Positions 1 through 13,786 are shown, counted from the stretch's first letter. The stretch: DNA of 58,880 nucleotides from Atractiella rhizophila (GCA_021432655.1 MU271472.1:1-58880); one strand, 5' to 3'. Translations and numbers: made by a program. The notes: a model not told the origin generated them from the sequence alone.

Positions 1-1433
1 TGAAGCAGTCGGAAGTTGCTATGTGGAAACTTTACAGAGATTGGGAGAACACGGCACATAAAAAGTGAAATCCAGTGTTGGAAACATTAAGATAGATATA
101 CTCTTCGAACAATGTACTATTGCGAAGTTGTTTCCGCAAACAATGCCTGAGGCTCTGAGTAAGACTCCTGCTGGGGTTAAAGTGTGTAAGGAAGGAGATG
201 AAGTCAAATACACTTCTCCAAAGCCGCCCATCTTCCATATATATTTTTTTTTGGTTAATTTAGGCGCCGGAAAATTATTGCTTGTTATAACGATCACGCT
301 GAGACACATTGGAGATCAAAAGAGAGGTGTAAGTTGTAAAAATATAGATGTGTTGAGTATGCCGCTGAAGAATGACAAACCTATGCGCGCAATGCGACGA
401 AAAGTAGATTACTTCCGTTGCGCCCTTCAGCAAACCAACCGAATGGAAGGGTTTTACTTCAACATTTGGAGCGAGTGCAAATGATCGCTTGTTGAGTAGA
501 TCAATCAGATAATAATTTTACAGTTCACACATATCGGGTCATGGGGCATAATTATTCTTGCACTTTGGACGCAAAATCGCAGAGCAGTGGAGGCAGGTAG
601 GGAAATTACAACGACGAGCAAATGAGCTTGGGCATCTTTTCTTTCCTCAGACAAGGTAACATTTCTCAGCTGCCAGGAGTTCTCCCCCATCCAAATACCC
701 AAATCCCTTCACAATTCGCATAAACTCACTAGCCTTCCCATTTTTACACCACTTCTAAAACAGCTCCCGATGCTTGTTCGAAAGCCTGCTCTGCTAGAGT
801 TGAGACCCAGCGTTCCAGACGGAGAGTTCAGCTCCAAACTGACGGTTGGTCATATCCATGAATCCGATTCGATAGCATCCCAATTCTCTGCAATCATTTT
901 CCCCATTCTTCATGCTCGGCTTCAACGGCGGTGGATCTTCGGAAGAAACCGTTCCTTCGCGCGTTGGGATAATCGATTTCGTGAGCCAAGGAGATGACGG
1001 AATGACGCTGAGACGAGATTTTATTGGGATTTCGGGGGGACCATCAGGAAGCCAAGAACCGAAGTGTGCTGAGACGCGTTGCGGTAATTTCCAAAAACAG
1101 AAATTGCCACTCGTCTCAGCTTGAGCAAATATCGCCTCGCATCTTCCAGACGTGCTACCAACGCCGTTTCTTCGCTTGCTCTCGTCTGAAAGCCTCTCCA
1201 AAATGTAGTGCACTCATAATTTGTGTCGCAAAGACCGTATGAAAGCAGTTTCATATGAGCCGATCAAATCCGGCGGTCGCGTTACTTGCCAAGATCGGGT
1301 GAAGACCAAGTCCCGCCCAGGCTGGGAGAAGGTCCCTTTCTCTCGAATGTTGCCACAGATTCTACATCTTATAAGAGGGCCTCTGTCACTCCAAGTCTCT
1401 CCTTTCCCTTACGAATTCGTGACTCCTTTTTCT

Positions 1434-4400
1434 ATGTCGACGAATAAACACTTCCCGAGAACTTCGACGGGATTGTCTTCACACGTGACTGATAAAACCC
1501 CAATTTCTGATCTCGAAAAACAGGAAGAGGGTAACACAGTCATTAAAGATGATTTATTTCATGATCTGCCCCATTTTATTCCTCCTAAGGAAGTCTTGGA
1601 CGCTCTTAAATCCTCACTAGAGCGAGGATTAGCAAGCGACGATGCAGCCCAAAGATTGGAGAAATATGGACCGAATCGAATCAAAGAACCTCCAAAGCCG
1701 TCCCTCTTCGGAGTATTTCTAAGACAAGTTCTTAATGCCATGTACGCCTTTCTTTTTCAACTTGAAGCAATTCTTAGGCAAATCTTGGCGAATAGGACCA
1801 TCGTGCTTCTGGGAGCAATGGCCGTCAGTTTTGGTACGCAAGATTGGATCAGTGGGGGCGTTATTGCAGCTTTGGTTATTCTGAATGTGGTGACGGGGAC
1901 GACTCAGGAGTGGAAGGCGGAGAAGGTCCGTTTTTCTATCTCATCTCGTGTTGTGTCAGTGGTTTGACCGCAATCTTTTCGGCAGACCGTAGCCAGACTT
2001 GAAAGCGTCGGCTCTCCCATCGCTACCGTTGTCCGTCATGACCCTTCCAGTCGACGAAAAGAAGGACATGCGAGTCAAGTGGGCATTGAAACAGTTGTCC
2101 CGTTCGTCCCTCCACTTCATCGAAAGGTATAACTAATGGAACCAAAATGCAGTGGGGACATCATAATCCTTCGCAATGGAGATATCGTTCCAGCAGATGC
2201 TAGGGTTATCGAGGGATCTGTAGCCACTGATGAGGCTGTATTGACCGGTGAATCTCTACCAGTTGAGAAGGACGAGGCGCCACTGTTGAAAGGACAGGAC
2301 TATCCTATAGGGTACATTGCTTTTCCCTCTGTGTCTCAATCTTGTCCAAAGCTGACGTTAAATGGCACTAGCGATCGAATTAATATGGTGTATTCCGGCA
2401 CTCAAGTTACTCGTGGCCGATGTCGAGCTGTAGTCTGCTATACGGGTATGAATACCGAACTTGGAATCATTGCGAAGGAAATGCAGAGCAAAGGGGAAGG
2501 GGCTGAAAAACAAACAGTCTGGTACAAGTTCAAGAAGGGCTTAGGGGTAGTGGAGAAAAGTCCTTTGCAGATCAAGTACGGTCTTCCTTTTTTTGTCGTC
2601 ACGTGCCGTCCTAAATGCCTCTGTGCTCTGCTGATGAAGGTTAAACAAAATGGCTTATTTCCTCTTTGCGTGTGCAATTGTCATTGCCATAATTGTCCTT
2701 GCGAGCACCGCTTTCAATGATATTCGCAGGAGCACAGGTTTGTTTCTTCCCGTCTTCTCCGTTTAACTGTAGCGTCTGAGAAACCGTTTTCTTTGACAGC
2801 GACGTATGCTGTGGCAGCTGCTGTGGGTATACTCCCCGCTTCTTTGGTGGCGGTCGTTGCGGTGCGTCGAGGTTTAACAAGAGTTTTCATTAATATTGAA
2901 CTTCCCATGAGCAGTTGGTTCTCGCGAATGCTTGCAACGATTTAGCGGAGCGCAACGCTTTGGTTCGAAGACAAGATGCAGTCGAGACTCTCGCGGCTGT
3001 GGATCACGTTTGCAGTGATAAGACAGGGACGATCACGCTTGGGAAGATGGTAGTCAAGAAGGTTTGGCTGCCTGCTGAGAATGACAAAGTCAACCTTGAT
3101 GTTGGTCAAAATTATCAAGGTCGGTTTCTCTCTGAGGTGTACTCTTTGAGGTGTTTATGAACTGAGAAATATTTGCAATAGTGGAATCGGGAAGCGACGC
3201 CTTCTATCCTCGCGGCGCCGTGGCTCCTATTCGAGCGGACATGTCAAGCAGACCTGAGGATGATGATGCTGCTTGGGATGAAGACGCGGTAGATCCGTAC
3301 GCCTTCGATTTTTCTCTTACATCCAGCTGCTCAACGAGGGACACAGATTCGATTTGGGTTCCTTCTTGAAAGATTTCGTCCTTTGTGCTGCTCTCAACAA
3401 TAACGCGACCATACACCATGATCGCAAAAAAGACAGCTGGAACGTTGACGGTGATGCCACCGAAGCTGCACTACAGGTCGGGCTTCCCCCTTCTATTTCC
3501 TCATAGAAGCTGATGTTCTACATAGGTTTTCGCTCACAAACTCGGACATGGCAAGCCAACTCTTCTCAAGCCTCCGTCTCAACACCCCAGCGGTACGAGA
3601 GTCCGGCGAGTGACAACACGCGACTCTTCCGTCCCCCCTCCACGGTCTGCTTCGCCCTCATCAGATCGTATCCACAATGTTATCCAAGAAGGTCACTACG
3701 AGCTTATTGTCGAGCATCTCTTCGATTCTACCGTCAAAAGGATGAGCAACGCATGGCGCTGGATCCCAGAAAATGGAGCATCTGAGGCTCCTCATACCAT
3801 AGCTTTCTTAAAAGGGGCGGTGGAACGAGTTTTGGATTCGTGTGACTTTATTGGACTGGGAAGCAAAGAGCAGTTGAATGAAGAATTGAAGAGCAAGATT
3901 CATGAAAAGGCAGAAAAGTTGGCAGAGGAAGGGCTCAGAGTCCTCTGTCTCTGCGCAAAGGTCTTGCCAGCAGATCAGTCGGATCAGATTCGGGAGATGT
4001 CTCGCGAAGATTTCGAGAAGGATGGTTTCTGTTTCCTAGGCCTCGCAGGGTACGTTTATCTCGTTAATGTATTGTCGCCCTGAGTTTCGGTTGCTAGCAT
4101 CTTTGATCCTCCCCGACCTGAATCTGCAGCTGCGATTGCTGATTCTAAACGAGCTGGAGTCCTTCCGATCATGCTCACAGGCGATCATCCCAGCACAGCT
4201 AAATCCATTGCCATCCAAATCGGTCTGGTTCCTCGAAATCATCCACGGAATGCTGTTATGACCGGACCACAATTCGACAAACTAACGGAAGAAGAGATTG
4301 ACGCCATGCCACAACTACCCTCAGTGGTCGCAAGATGCTCTCCGTTGACTAAAGTAGGCGTCCTACAGCAGAGTCGTGTTCTTGTTAATACTGAGGCAGG

Positions 4401-5821
4401 TACGGGTTGTTGACGCAATTCACAGACGGAATAAGGCTACTATCATGACTGGTGATGGCGTTAACGATGCTCCCAGCTTGAAGAGAGCAGATGTCGGGGT
4501 CGCCATGGGCAAGAATGGATCGGACGTGGCGAAGCAAAGTGCTGAAATTGTCCTAGCAGGTACGTTGTCGCTCCCGCAAGGCGAGGGCATTATTAAGTCA
4601 TGCGAAGATGACAACTTCTCCACGATCATCAGAGCGGTCAGGAAGGGGAGATCCATCTTCGACAACCTGTCCAAGTTCTTGCTATACCTACTGAGCGGAA
4701 ACGTTGCGGAAGTGGTTGTGCTGCTCATCGGTCTGGCATTCCAAGACGAAGAAGGCCGCTCAGTCTTTCCTCTTTCTCCTGTTGCCGCTTTGTGGTAAGT
4801 CTCTCCGATCCGTACACTTAAAGGTCTGATTGTTCGCTTAAAGGATCAATACTCTTGTACGTTTGACACCTCTTCTATGGCCTGGTCTCACCAGTGACAC
4901 AGTCGGCCGGACCGCCCGCTCTCTGCTTGGGTCTCGAGCCTACGGCGAAGGATACCATGTCAAAGCCTCCATCGGTGTACAAGACGATATTTACCATCGA
5001 GTGGTACCCGGTATGAATCTAATATCGAAGGAGTTCCCGCTCATGCTTATTAGGACCTGTTCTTTTATGGGTTTGTTATGGGCGCCTTATCTATCTTGAA
5101 TTTTGGTATGTACTTTCTTATTTTATCCTCGATTGATTATTAAGTGCTCGTGTACAGTTATTGGTTCGTCTCTTATCTGGTTAGAGCGGCGACGAATATT
5201 AATTGTGGCAATATTCTAGTCGTCTGGGCTCGAGGAAACGTGCGTCCCTGTCCCGATTGCTGAAGTTGGACTGATTGTCTCAAAGGGAGACTTGGGAATT
5301 GACTGTAATGAGGACCACAATCCCTCTTGCGACCTTGCATACCGTGCGCGAGCTACGACCTACGCTACTCTTTGTGTCCTGTTAATGGTCCGTATTCTAA
5401 CTCAGCTGCAGAACTAACTGCTGACGAGGATGTACAGATCCATGGTCTGGTGTGCAAGCATGTCGAAATGAGCCTATTCAAGATGGACCTGCTGGATAAT
5501 AAACCGCTCCTCTTCACTGTCGTTATCCTCTGCATTTCGGTCTTCCCGGTGGTATACATCCCAACGATCAACGATAAAGTGTTTCTGGTGCAGGGTTTGG
5601 GTTGGGAATGGTACGAAGCTCATTTACGTGAGACAAGCTCTAAACATTGGAACAGGGGTATTATCTTCGGTGCAATCGCTGTTTACATTCTAGCAGCTGA
5701 GGCATGGAAGTTTGGGCGGAGACGGTTCGCAAGATATAAGAGGGAAGACATGGAGAGTCCTTTGGGACTCCGGATGGCAGCTACGCAAGAAGTGAAGATT
5801 CTCAATAAGGAGCAAGTGTAA
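1434..5821 (+). CDS. ENA1: P-type IID (ENA-type) Na+/K+-exporting ATPase, multi-exon
   Basis: Spliced ORF pieces carry P-type motifs TGES, CSDKTGT (phosphorylated Asp), FDSTVKRMS, MLTGDH and MTGDGVNDAPSLK. ENA-like membrane segments ILPASLVAVV, YLLSGNVAEVVVLLIGLAF and FPLSP. ATG 1434, TAA 5819-5821. Many ~50-nt GT-AG introns. Confidence 0.93.
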
Positions 5822-5884
5822 AAGTCATAATGTTGGAACTATGTATATTGTCTATCGATGAGCAAGAACAGACCTGAAACTATT

Positions 5885-7069
5885 TTACAAACTATTGTCA
5901 ATGATTTCCCTCAACAGCTTGTGCCTCGCCAAAGCGACTTCAAAGCTAGCGACATTTTCTCCTCCACTCGCATAGTCCTCATACTCAGCTCCAACATGAG
6001 TTGCGAACGGACTCAAGCCCACGGAACCACCATCTACTACTACATCCACCGCCTTGCGGTCTCTAATGATCCTGACTGTAGCATTCGAAACCATTGCGAC
6101 CATCGCTGTATTCGGGGACGTGAACTCAATTTCGCCCTTTTCTCCTTGAATACGCCAGATCAATGCAGGAGCCCCAGGGGCGATGTCAGCGCCGGAGTAA
6201 GTGAAGGAGGCTAAGACGCCAGTCTTGAGGATTCCTTGGACAAAGACATGATCTGGCACGGTCTTAGGGGCGGTATCTTTAGTCTCGGAACGGCGAAAGG
6301 AAGGACGAGTGCTCTTCACGATGCTTGTGTGCTTTTCCCATTCGCCCAAGGTAGCACAAAAGGTGTCGAATACTGACATTCACCAATGCCGACATCAGAC
6401 TCTATTATGGGAATAAAGTTTAAGACGAACTGTGACCAAGGTAGATCGTGAAAAAGTTGCTTGGAGATTCAATCTGCATCATGGGCCAGAAACGCTCGGT
6501 CATCTCTTCACTGGGTCCGAGTTGCTACAAAACAACGGTCAGGCTCCATCAAATCTTTCAAGGAAAGAGCGCACTGGAATGGTACAGTTCCAAGTGGTGC
6601 TCAAGATCTTTCCCACCTCGCCGTCCTCAACGAGCTGCTTCACTTTCTTCACCACAGGATTAAATCTCCCCTGCAATCCGACGAACGAAGACTGCAACGC
6701 TCCACTCTTTCTCGCGACGTCCACCAATTCTTGTGCCTCGTCCAAAGATTTTGCAAGCGGCCATTCGACGAAAGCCTTCTTGCCCTTCTTCAAGGAAGGA
6801 AGCACAAGATCGTAATGCTTGTCCACGATGACTGAAACCACTACCAGATCGACATCGGAATCATCAGCGAGGTCTTGAGGCGAAGAATATATCTTGGTAT
6901 CCGGAGAGAGAGAAAAGGCTTGGATCGCTGCTTTGGCCGACTCGGGAGTGCTGTTGAGGAGGCCGTGAATCGCGTATTTGGTCGATTTTTGGAGATAGGG
7001 GAGGTGTGCTCTGGTTCCCCAGCTTCCTCCAGCAGACAAACCAACAAACGCGAGGCGAATCAGTGTCAT
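5885..7069 (-). CDS. Gfo/Idh/MocA-family NAD(P)-binding oxidoreductase, Gal80-like (paralog 1), 3 exons
   Basis: N-terminus MTLIRLAFVGLSAGGSWGTRAHLPYL, then DVDLVVVSV, AFVEWPLA, VGLQGRFNP and C-terminal FEVALARHKLL. Middle exon 6431-6524. Confidence 0.9.
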
Positions 7070-9183
7070 GCTTTCGATGCTGAAGTTGGTGCGAAAGTGA
7101 GCCACTTAGACATTGTTGTTGGCTTGCGAGAGCTCATTTTAAAGCTCCACACGACTGCAGTGTTGAGCAAAAGGAAAGATCTTTCCGAGCCCTGTAGTAA
7201 GCGATTCTGAGAGCCTTTCGATTAATGATGACAGAGCTGGATGGTTGGAAAAGTGCACGGCGTCTCCCATGTAAAATCCTTGAATTCCGAGAAGTTAGTC
7301 AGCTCTCATCAGCACGCTCCCGCCACGGATGGAGTATAGTTGACGACTTGACATGGCCGAGCAAGGTGAAGGGTGTATCTGATTACGCTTGCTTGCGCAA
7401 GCGGAGAGGCGTATATGCTAGAATGGTCACATCCGAATACGGACTGCTTTGTGATCATTCAACGGAGCGAGCTCATATTCACTGAGCGAACGAGAAGCAT
7501 TGTCAGCACCATGTGAGGAACAGGGTTACCTGTTACTAGCTGTCACAGTGGCACAATGGAAACTGTTACCTACTGACTTTTGGCAGGTGAGCTGACATAG
7601 CGTATACAACGAGGCATCAATTCTGGAGCCGACAGTAAGTCATTCAATGAGACCACGAGAGTGACTAAGAAGTGGTTAAGTCAGGGCTCAAAGCAGGTAA
7701 CGCATTCGCATTCACAACGAGAAAAGCTTAAGATGGAGAAGCATTGAAAGAACTCGCGCACCTTACATTACTTTAACCCAAAGCTTTCACTGCTTCCCAT
7801 ATTTGCGATCATGCTGAGACGAAGATATCACAGGAAAGCGCTGAAGTGGCACCGGCAGATTTGTGCGGGCGGATGTTTGAAGTTCAAATGCTCTAAATCA
7901 CCATGCGGAATGCGGACAATCCTGAAGCTCTGGCAACTAACCTCAACTTTGGGTGAGCCTGTGGATATCTGAGGTTAGTTGTGATACGAAGAGCATGACT
8001 GGAGCTATCGGAGTTGAGCGGCCCTGTATGTGCAAAGGATCGGGCGTGCAGTTTCGATGAGGTGACAGCTGCACAGCGGCGCTCAGGTTGAACTGTGAGC
8101 TCTTGCCAGGGTATCTTGTTTGATTTCGCTCTGCGTGCTAGATGTAGGAATTCTGCACGATGAACTAAGAAATGCACAGGTCAGCTAAGAACAATGGCCA
8201 AGAATCATACTAGCGCTTGCCCTCTATCTGCTACCGCTTTTGCTGTGCTACTTTGAACTTCAAGTTAAACTGCAAAGCTTTGACGGACGAGACCGTTTTA
8301 TAGTTTTTTGTTGCTTGGCGGCCCAGAGTGAACATGGCAGAAGGCAATGTTACAAGTGACATAATATGATATATCAAGTGTGTTTCGCACCTTTAACATT
8401 TCGATTTGCTTTCTCTGTTCGCAAACTTCGGCATCTTACCCGAGTCATCGAAGCAATGTTTAGGAAGGATGAAGCTGAACAGAGTTGTACTTCTCGCTTT
8501 ATTTCCCGTTGTCTAGTTGGGAAACCAAGCAAATCGTATTGCCGACGGTTGAGGACCAAGTTAGGGACCCGTGGAACAGACGAACGTATCTTCTTTTCTC
8601 TCATACACGGTCATATCGGGAGAAGAGGTTGAGGACTGGCAAAAAATTGCAATCTCACCGATTTGCGGTCGTTGATAGGAGTTAGCTGCGATTCTAGGTC
8701 GCGTGTCACGCTGACATATACAGATGGGACCAACTGGGACTGTACAAGCCCTCGCAGTAACTTTCCAGCCAGAGATCAGGAATGCTTCAATATCGCGTCG
8801 GTGTTCTGCTCCTGTTCAATTCATGCAAAGGAGCATGAATACGAACTGCCACCGGTGAGGGTGGACCAGTCCTGCTGTGGCTGCTCCTGCAGTGGAAAAG
8901 GGAGTGTCAGAGGACATCAAACACTGTCCTTGTTCCTGTAGCGTTCCGACAACGATACTCCGCCAACACCATTCAACCTAACCGTGAACCCGACGACGCC
9001 GCTCACGGAGCTCTGGAGATATGGGAGGTGTTGACACTGTACCATCCTGGGTGAACGTTCTCTTTGTGAGATCGACAATTTGTGCTATCAAATGAGGAGA
9101 TACAGAGTGTGCATTATAAAAGAGAGAAGTCTTGGAGTTGGATAGGTCAGCTGTTTTTGTTAATTTGTTTCTTTTCTTCGGAG

Positions 9184-10436
9184 ATGTCCAACTTGACGAT
9201 ATTGTCTCCAGGGGAGTATTCGCAGCTTCCCAAGTCGCAACGTGAGGCATACTGTAATAGGCTTGATGATTTGAAGCTTTGGAAAAAGGACGGTGCGCCA
9301 TTTTCCATTCTACCGTGAAGATTAGTATTGACTTGAGCTTCTTTTCTATCTCTAGATTATGATGGACGAGAGGACCCATGTAACCAATATGGCTATGTTC
9401 CTTCAATTGGTCTAGGAGCAGCGTTTTTGGCGTTATTGTGAGCGTTTTTTCCCCGCTACTTTGACTTTTGCTCAAATGCTGTTCCTGATTTCAGCGTCCT
9501 TCTGACTTTTATACATGCGATCCTTGTGGTTGGATGGAAGAAGAAATGGAATCGATTCTGGACGATGCTCACTCTCACCGCCGGAGGAATACTCGAAGTC
9601 GTCGGATGGGTGTCACGCGTCTTAGCTTATGATGCACCTTATGATGACGGACCATTTATTGCTCAAGTACCTCCTTCCAACGCTCTTTACAACACTACTC
9701 AATGCTGAATTCATTTTTATAAGGTAACGACTTTGATTATTGCGCCCGTATTCTTCTCGGCTGCGCTGTATCTCCTTGTTGGATTCATAATCGTCGAGCT
9801 GGGAGCTGAACATTCGATCTTGAAACCAAAGTTTTACGGAGCGATCTTCATCACTTGCGATTTCATATCTCTTGTGCTTCAAGGAGCCGGAGGTGGACTT
9901 GCGGCTACGGCTAACACGCAAGACCAGAGAGATACTGGTAAGTGTTCACGCTTTTCTGTGCAGGAGCGTCTCTAAATGCACATGATATTTCTGTGCAGGC
10001 ACCAACATCATGGAAGCTGGAATTGTCTTTCAACTCGTAGCTACCATCATTTTTTCGGTTTTTGCCATGGATTTCCGCAGAAGAGCCAGCAAGGCTGGTG
10101 TGCTCCCTCCTCGCTACTCCGCGCTCTACTATCTCGAAATTTCAATCGCTACTGGGACGGCAATGGTGATTATTCGAGGTATCTACCGTACGGTCGAGCT
10201 CGCCCAAGGTTGGAATGGGTGCGTCCTCGTCTTACCCCCATTTCTTCGTCCTGGATTCTGAGTTTTAACGGGGTAGCTATTTGATCGAACACGAGATGTA
10301 CATCCTCTTAGACGCTTTCCCAATGCTGGTCCTTCTCGTCGCTCTCGCTCTGGCCCACCCCTTCTGGACCTTCCATCAAACCAAGCCAAAGAAAGCCGAT
10401 CCTGAGAAGTTAGACTCAACCCAGAGCAGTATGTAG
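9184..10436 (+). CDS. RTA1-family (Rta1/Rsb1-like) 7-TM lipid-translocating exporter (paralog 1)
   Basis: YGYVPS, GGILEVVGWVSR, IIAPVFFSAALY, FITCDFISLVLQGAGGGLAA, IIRGIYRTVELAQGW and LDAFPM motifs across exons. ATG 9184, TAG 10434-10436. TATAAAA near 9115. Confidence 0.92.
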
Positions 10437-10507
10437 AGAGGTTACGGTTCATGATTCGTTTGAAAGGTCATTTGGAAGTGCGTACTTCTGGGAAGCGTGG
10501 GGTAAAA

Positions 10508-13500
10508 CATGGTATCCCTATAAAAGGACGAAGTGTCTGTACCTTACAATTCTGGATGCTCAATTGGACGCGGAATTTGGTTTTCAGTAGATTTCATGCA
10601 TTAATGCTAGTTAAAGTTGGTGAAGGTTGTCGCAATTGCTACTGTTCTTGGGGCAAAGCAAGAAAAGGGTGATACGATCGGTGCAGCACAACAAAGACAG
10701 CCTGAGGGGATTCCGTAGCGGCGGTCATCGAAATAAGAAGCTAAATTAAATTGCCCTCAACTTTCGGTTCTGAAGCACACGGAGCTTGAGGGATATCGAG
10801 GGCTAGAGGGACACACCACCTGTGGGCAACGTCCGCAAGACTGAGCCACCCAGTCTTCCCTCTTCTTTGCCTACAAAGATAGGATCTCGCCGTTGCATTC
10901 CTCCCCGCCAAATTCTGCATCGAAGAGTCAGTTCTGGCAAGTTCCTCATGAGTCATCGTAGACAGTCATAGCTTCTCTTGGCGCCTCCCGACTATCCGAC
11001 CTACCCCTTGACTCCTGCCATAGGTATTAAACATCGTCAATCGTCAACTTCCTCAGCTTTTGATTCAAGTATTCATTAACTAAATAACCCTTCGGCATTG
11101 TCGTGCTTTCGCCTGTCCAGCATAGCAACTCGAGCACGATACACCATGGTGGACAACGTCAACAATTTAACAGGTACAATTACGGGGAGTGGAGATGGAA
11201 CCCAAGTTTTACCTCCTCGCTCGTGTGACGCAGTATGCTCTCTCTTCTTCCTTTTCCAGAGGAGACAATCATGATGGTTTTCCAAAGTGCAGGCTGCGTC
11301 GAGTTGTCCGCCGTCTCTCTCTCTTTGTGATCGACAAGCCCTGAGATAAAAAGTAGAAATGCTCCCGACCTCTTCCATCAGAATCGTCGGCCTGCAATGG
11401 ATGTACTAAGCGTGGCATTCGATGTACTGTAGACAGGACCATGGGGAAGAGGAAGAGCAGGAGGGATGGGATGGTAATTCAACAGGCCATGTCAGACTCT
11501 TTCACGGTATTTTCTCTCTTGAGAACGCTAAATCGTCCCTCTGTCTCACAGTGACAAATTCGGCGCTGCTTCTCCTCCGGCAAACCTAGCCACGCTGCAG
11601 CCACAGAGCGAGATCGAGAAGCGCCTGGTTTTACATCATATGGACTCGAACGTCCGCCTGTTATTGCTGAATGGTTAGCATCACTTGATATCAATTTCTC
11701 TGCACATCGACTGACAAAGAATTGTAAACAGATTTCCTCTCTTCTCCCTACTCCCCTCCACATCTCTACGATTGGGATGTCCTTCGGCATGCCCTCACAA
11801 CCTCCTCTCCCTCCTCCGATTCCTATTCATCGAGCAGCTCCAATGGCTCCACTCTGAAGGATCGGAGCCTGACACCTGCTCAGGAGGCTCTATGTGAGTT
11901 GGTGATGGGTTTTGGAGCGAGGAGTAGCAATTTCTTCCAAGGCCGTCCAGGTCAGCTCTTCCTTCCCGTCCATAACTTCGTGTCTTGAATCTGTCGCCCT
12001 CGCGATAGATGTGCGACAGCGGATATGGAACCGCTCACTTTCCGTCTTTGAGTCTCAAGGTCTCCTATCTCTCGATGTGGGACCAGAGATAATAGCAGCC
12101 TTGTTCCTCCTCACCCACACAGCATCTTACCGTTCGTCCCCCTTCTTCTTTCAGATTTTCCACTCATCGCCCAGTATGGGATGCAGAGGCTGAAGACCAT
12201 AATAGTCGCCTGAGGACTTACAGTATTCTTTTGTCTGAGCGACTGAAGCAATACTACGAATCAAAACCAGAAGGGACATGGCTCGAACATCGGGTGGCTT
12301 ATCATGCTTTCGTGCGTTTACATTTCTGCTCGTATTGCGATGGTGGCAATAACTCGCATAGGTCTGTTCCAGTCTTGCAGCCGCCAAAACAGGCGTTGTG
12401 CCGCCAGTGTTAATATCTCCCTCTTCTCACAGCATTCTCTGATGAAGGAGTAGCTCGGATGAGGAATACCATGCGATCTGCGGTCCCAAAGCTTCGGCCA
12501 TCTCTCTCGAAATCATCGTTCCCTTCCTCTCCCTTCCGTGGGGAGACCTTCATCAAGTCGCGATGGAGCATTGCAAGATGCACAAAACTGGTTTCTTTAG
12601 GTTTTCCCTGCTCGAGAGCGAGAAAGTGGCTGCTCGACATCTGTTCTGGGTTAGCCTCCCATTTCCATTACAACAGCGGAAAGATGATGAGATTCTGGCC
12701 GTGATAGCTTATTTCGCTTCCTTATTTACTCGAATTCGCGAGGATCAGTCGCGAGATTGGTGGGAAGCTAACTAATCGTCCGTACTCTCTCCCTCAACCT
12801 TCCCGTGGCCCTTGACGAACCTGAATACCAGATTTCGCCCGTCAACACCCTCTCCCGTCCACGACCGTCCCCACTCTGCTCTCCCGCCTTAAATTGCTGC
12901 ACACCTCCACACCACCATACGAAGAATGTCTCTCCCGCTTCCCTGCCTCCTTAAAACCACTACTTCAGCCGCTATACTACATCTTCCTGATAAGGGCGAG
13001 CTTTATTTATCTCACCTTCAGCCTCTATACGGAATTGTTAAGGCGAGGAATGAGGGGTGAGATGTTGGAGAGCGACGTCGCCTGGGAGGTGGAAGCAATT
13101 GTCATGGAGGCGGCCAGGGCTTTGGCTCATTTCCTCAACGTACGTTGCTCTAATTGTTCTACGTTCGAAGGTGGCAACGGGCTGATAATCGTCGGGAATG
13201 TGTGGATAGGACGCAAAGGAGCAGAAAGCAACAGGTTTAGGCGTGTTTCACGGTGTAGCCCTCTTAACGCCATACTTGCAGACCGTCAGTCGCATTTCTT
13301 TCCCTCATCAGCACTTTCAGACCAATAAAGGAATGGGTTTAGGCGATTGACGTCCTGGTTCGAGCTCCTGTCAACTCGTCTGCATCTACTACCTCCTCCT
13401 CCTCTGGTCACAGCCCCTCTTCCAACCCAGGTGATCCCGCATCTCCTCCTCCCACCAATCCTCTCGTTCCGAGCTGGGGAATCTACCCACTGTTTACTCT

Positions 13501-13784
13501 TGAGCAAAAGAGCGCAGAAGTGCAATGGATTAAGGAAGGGTTAGAAGATTGCAAAAAGAGCTGGGAGCTTCCTACATCATCCCAACCGTCTTCGAAGATA
13601 ACGAAAGGGAGTGGCACTCCGAAAGGCACAGGAGCGAATGGAAGCGATTCGGTTCAAGTGAAGACATTCGATGCCGGTATCGAAACGTTAGAACGGGAGT
13701 TGGAGAACTTGAAGATCCAGGGAGAGGTATTACGGACTCTGAGTCTGGTTGGAGAGGAACAGGAACCACATCAACTACCTCTAC

Positions 13785-13786
<2 letters not shown>
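10508..13786 (+). repeat. Tandem duplication 1, copy A (~3.3 kb)
   Basis: Colinear near-identical match to 13821-17038 (both begin CATGxxATCCCTAxAAAAGGACGAAGTGTCTGTACC and end CATCAACTACCTCTACCT). Confidence 0.97.

Noticed and set aside
19..309. Minus-strand ORF containing GGFGEVY, resembling a kinase glycine-rich loop
   Set aside because: No following VAxK or other kinase subdomains are visible and the frame stops within the window. It may be chance or a relic cut by the window edge.
505..1213. Short Cys-containing ORFs upstream of ENA (possible gag zinc knuckle or TE relic)
   Set aside because: No CX2CX4HX4C spacing, terminal repeats or recognisable transposase/RT motifs.
11479..11790. 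Minus-strand ORFs repeated in both duplication copies (also 12410-12640, 14730-15014, 15662-15913)
   Set aside because: Antisense shadows of the plus-strand TF. They recur only because of the duplication.
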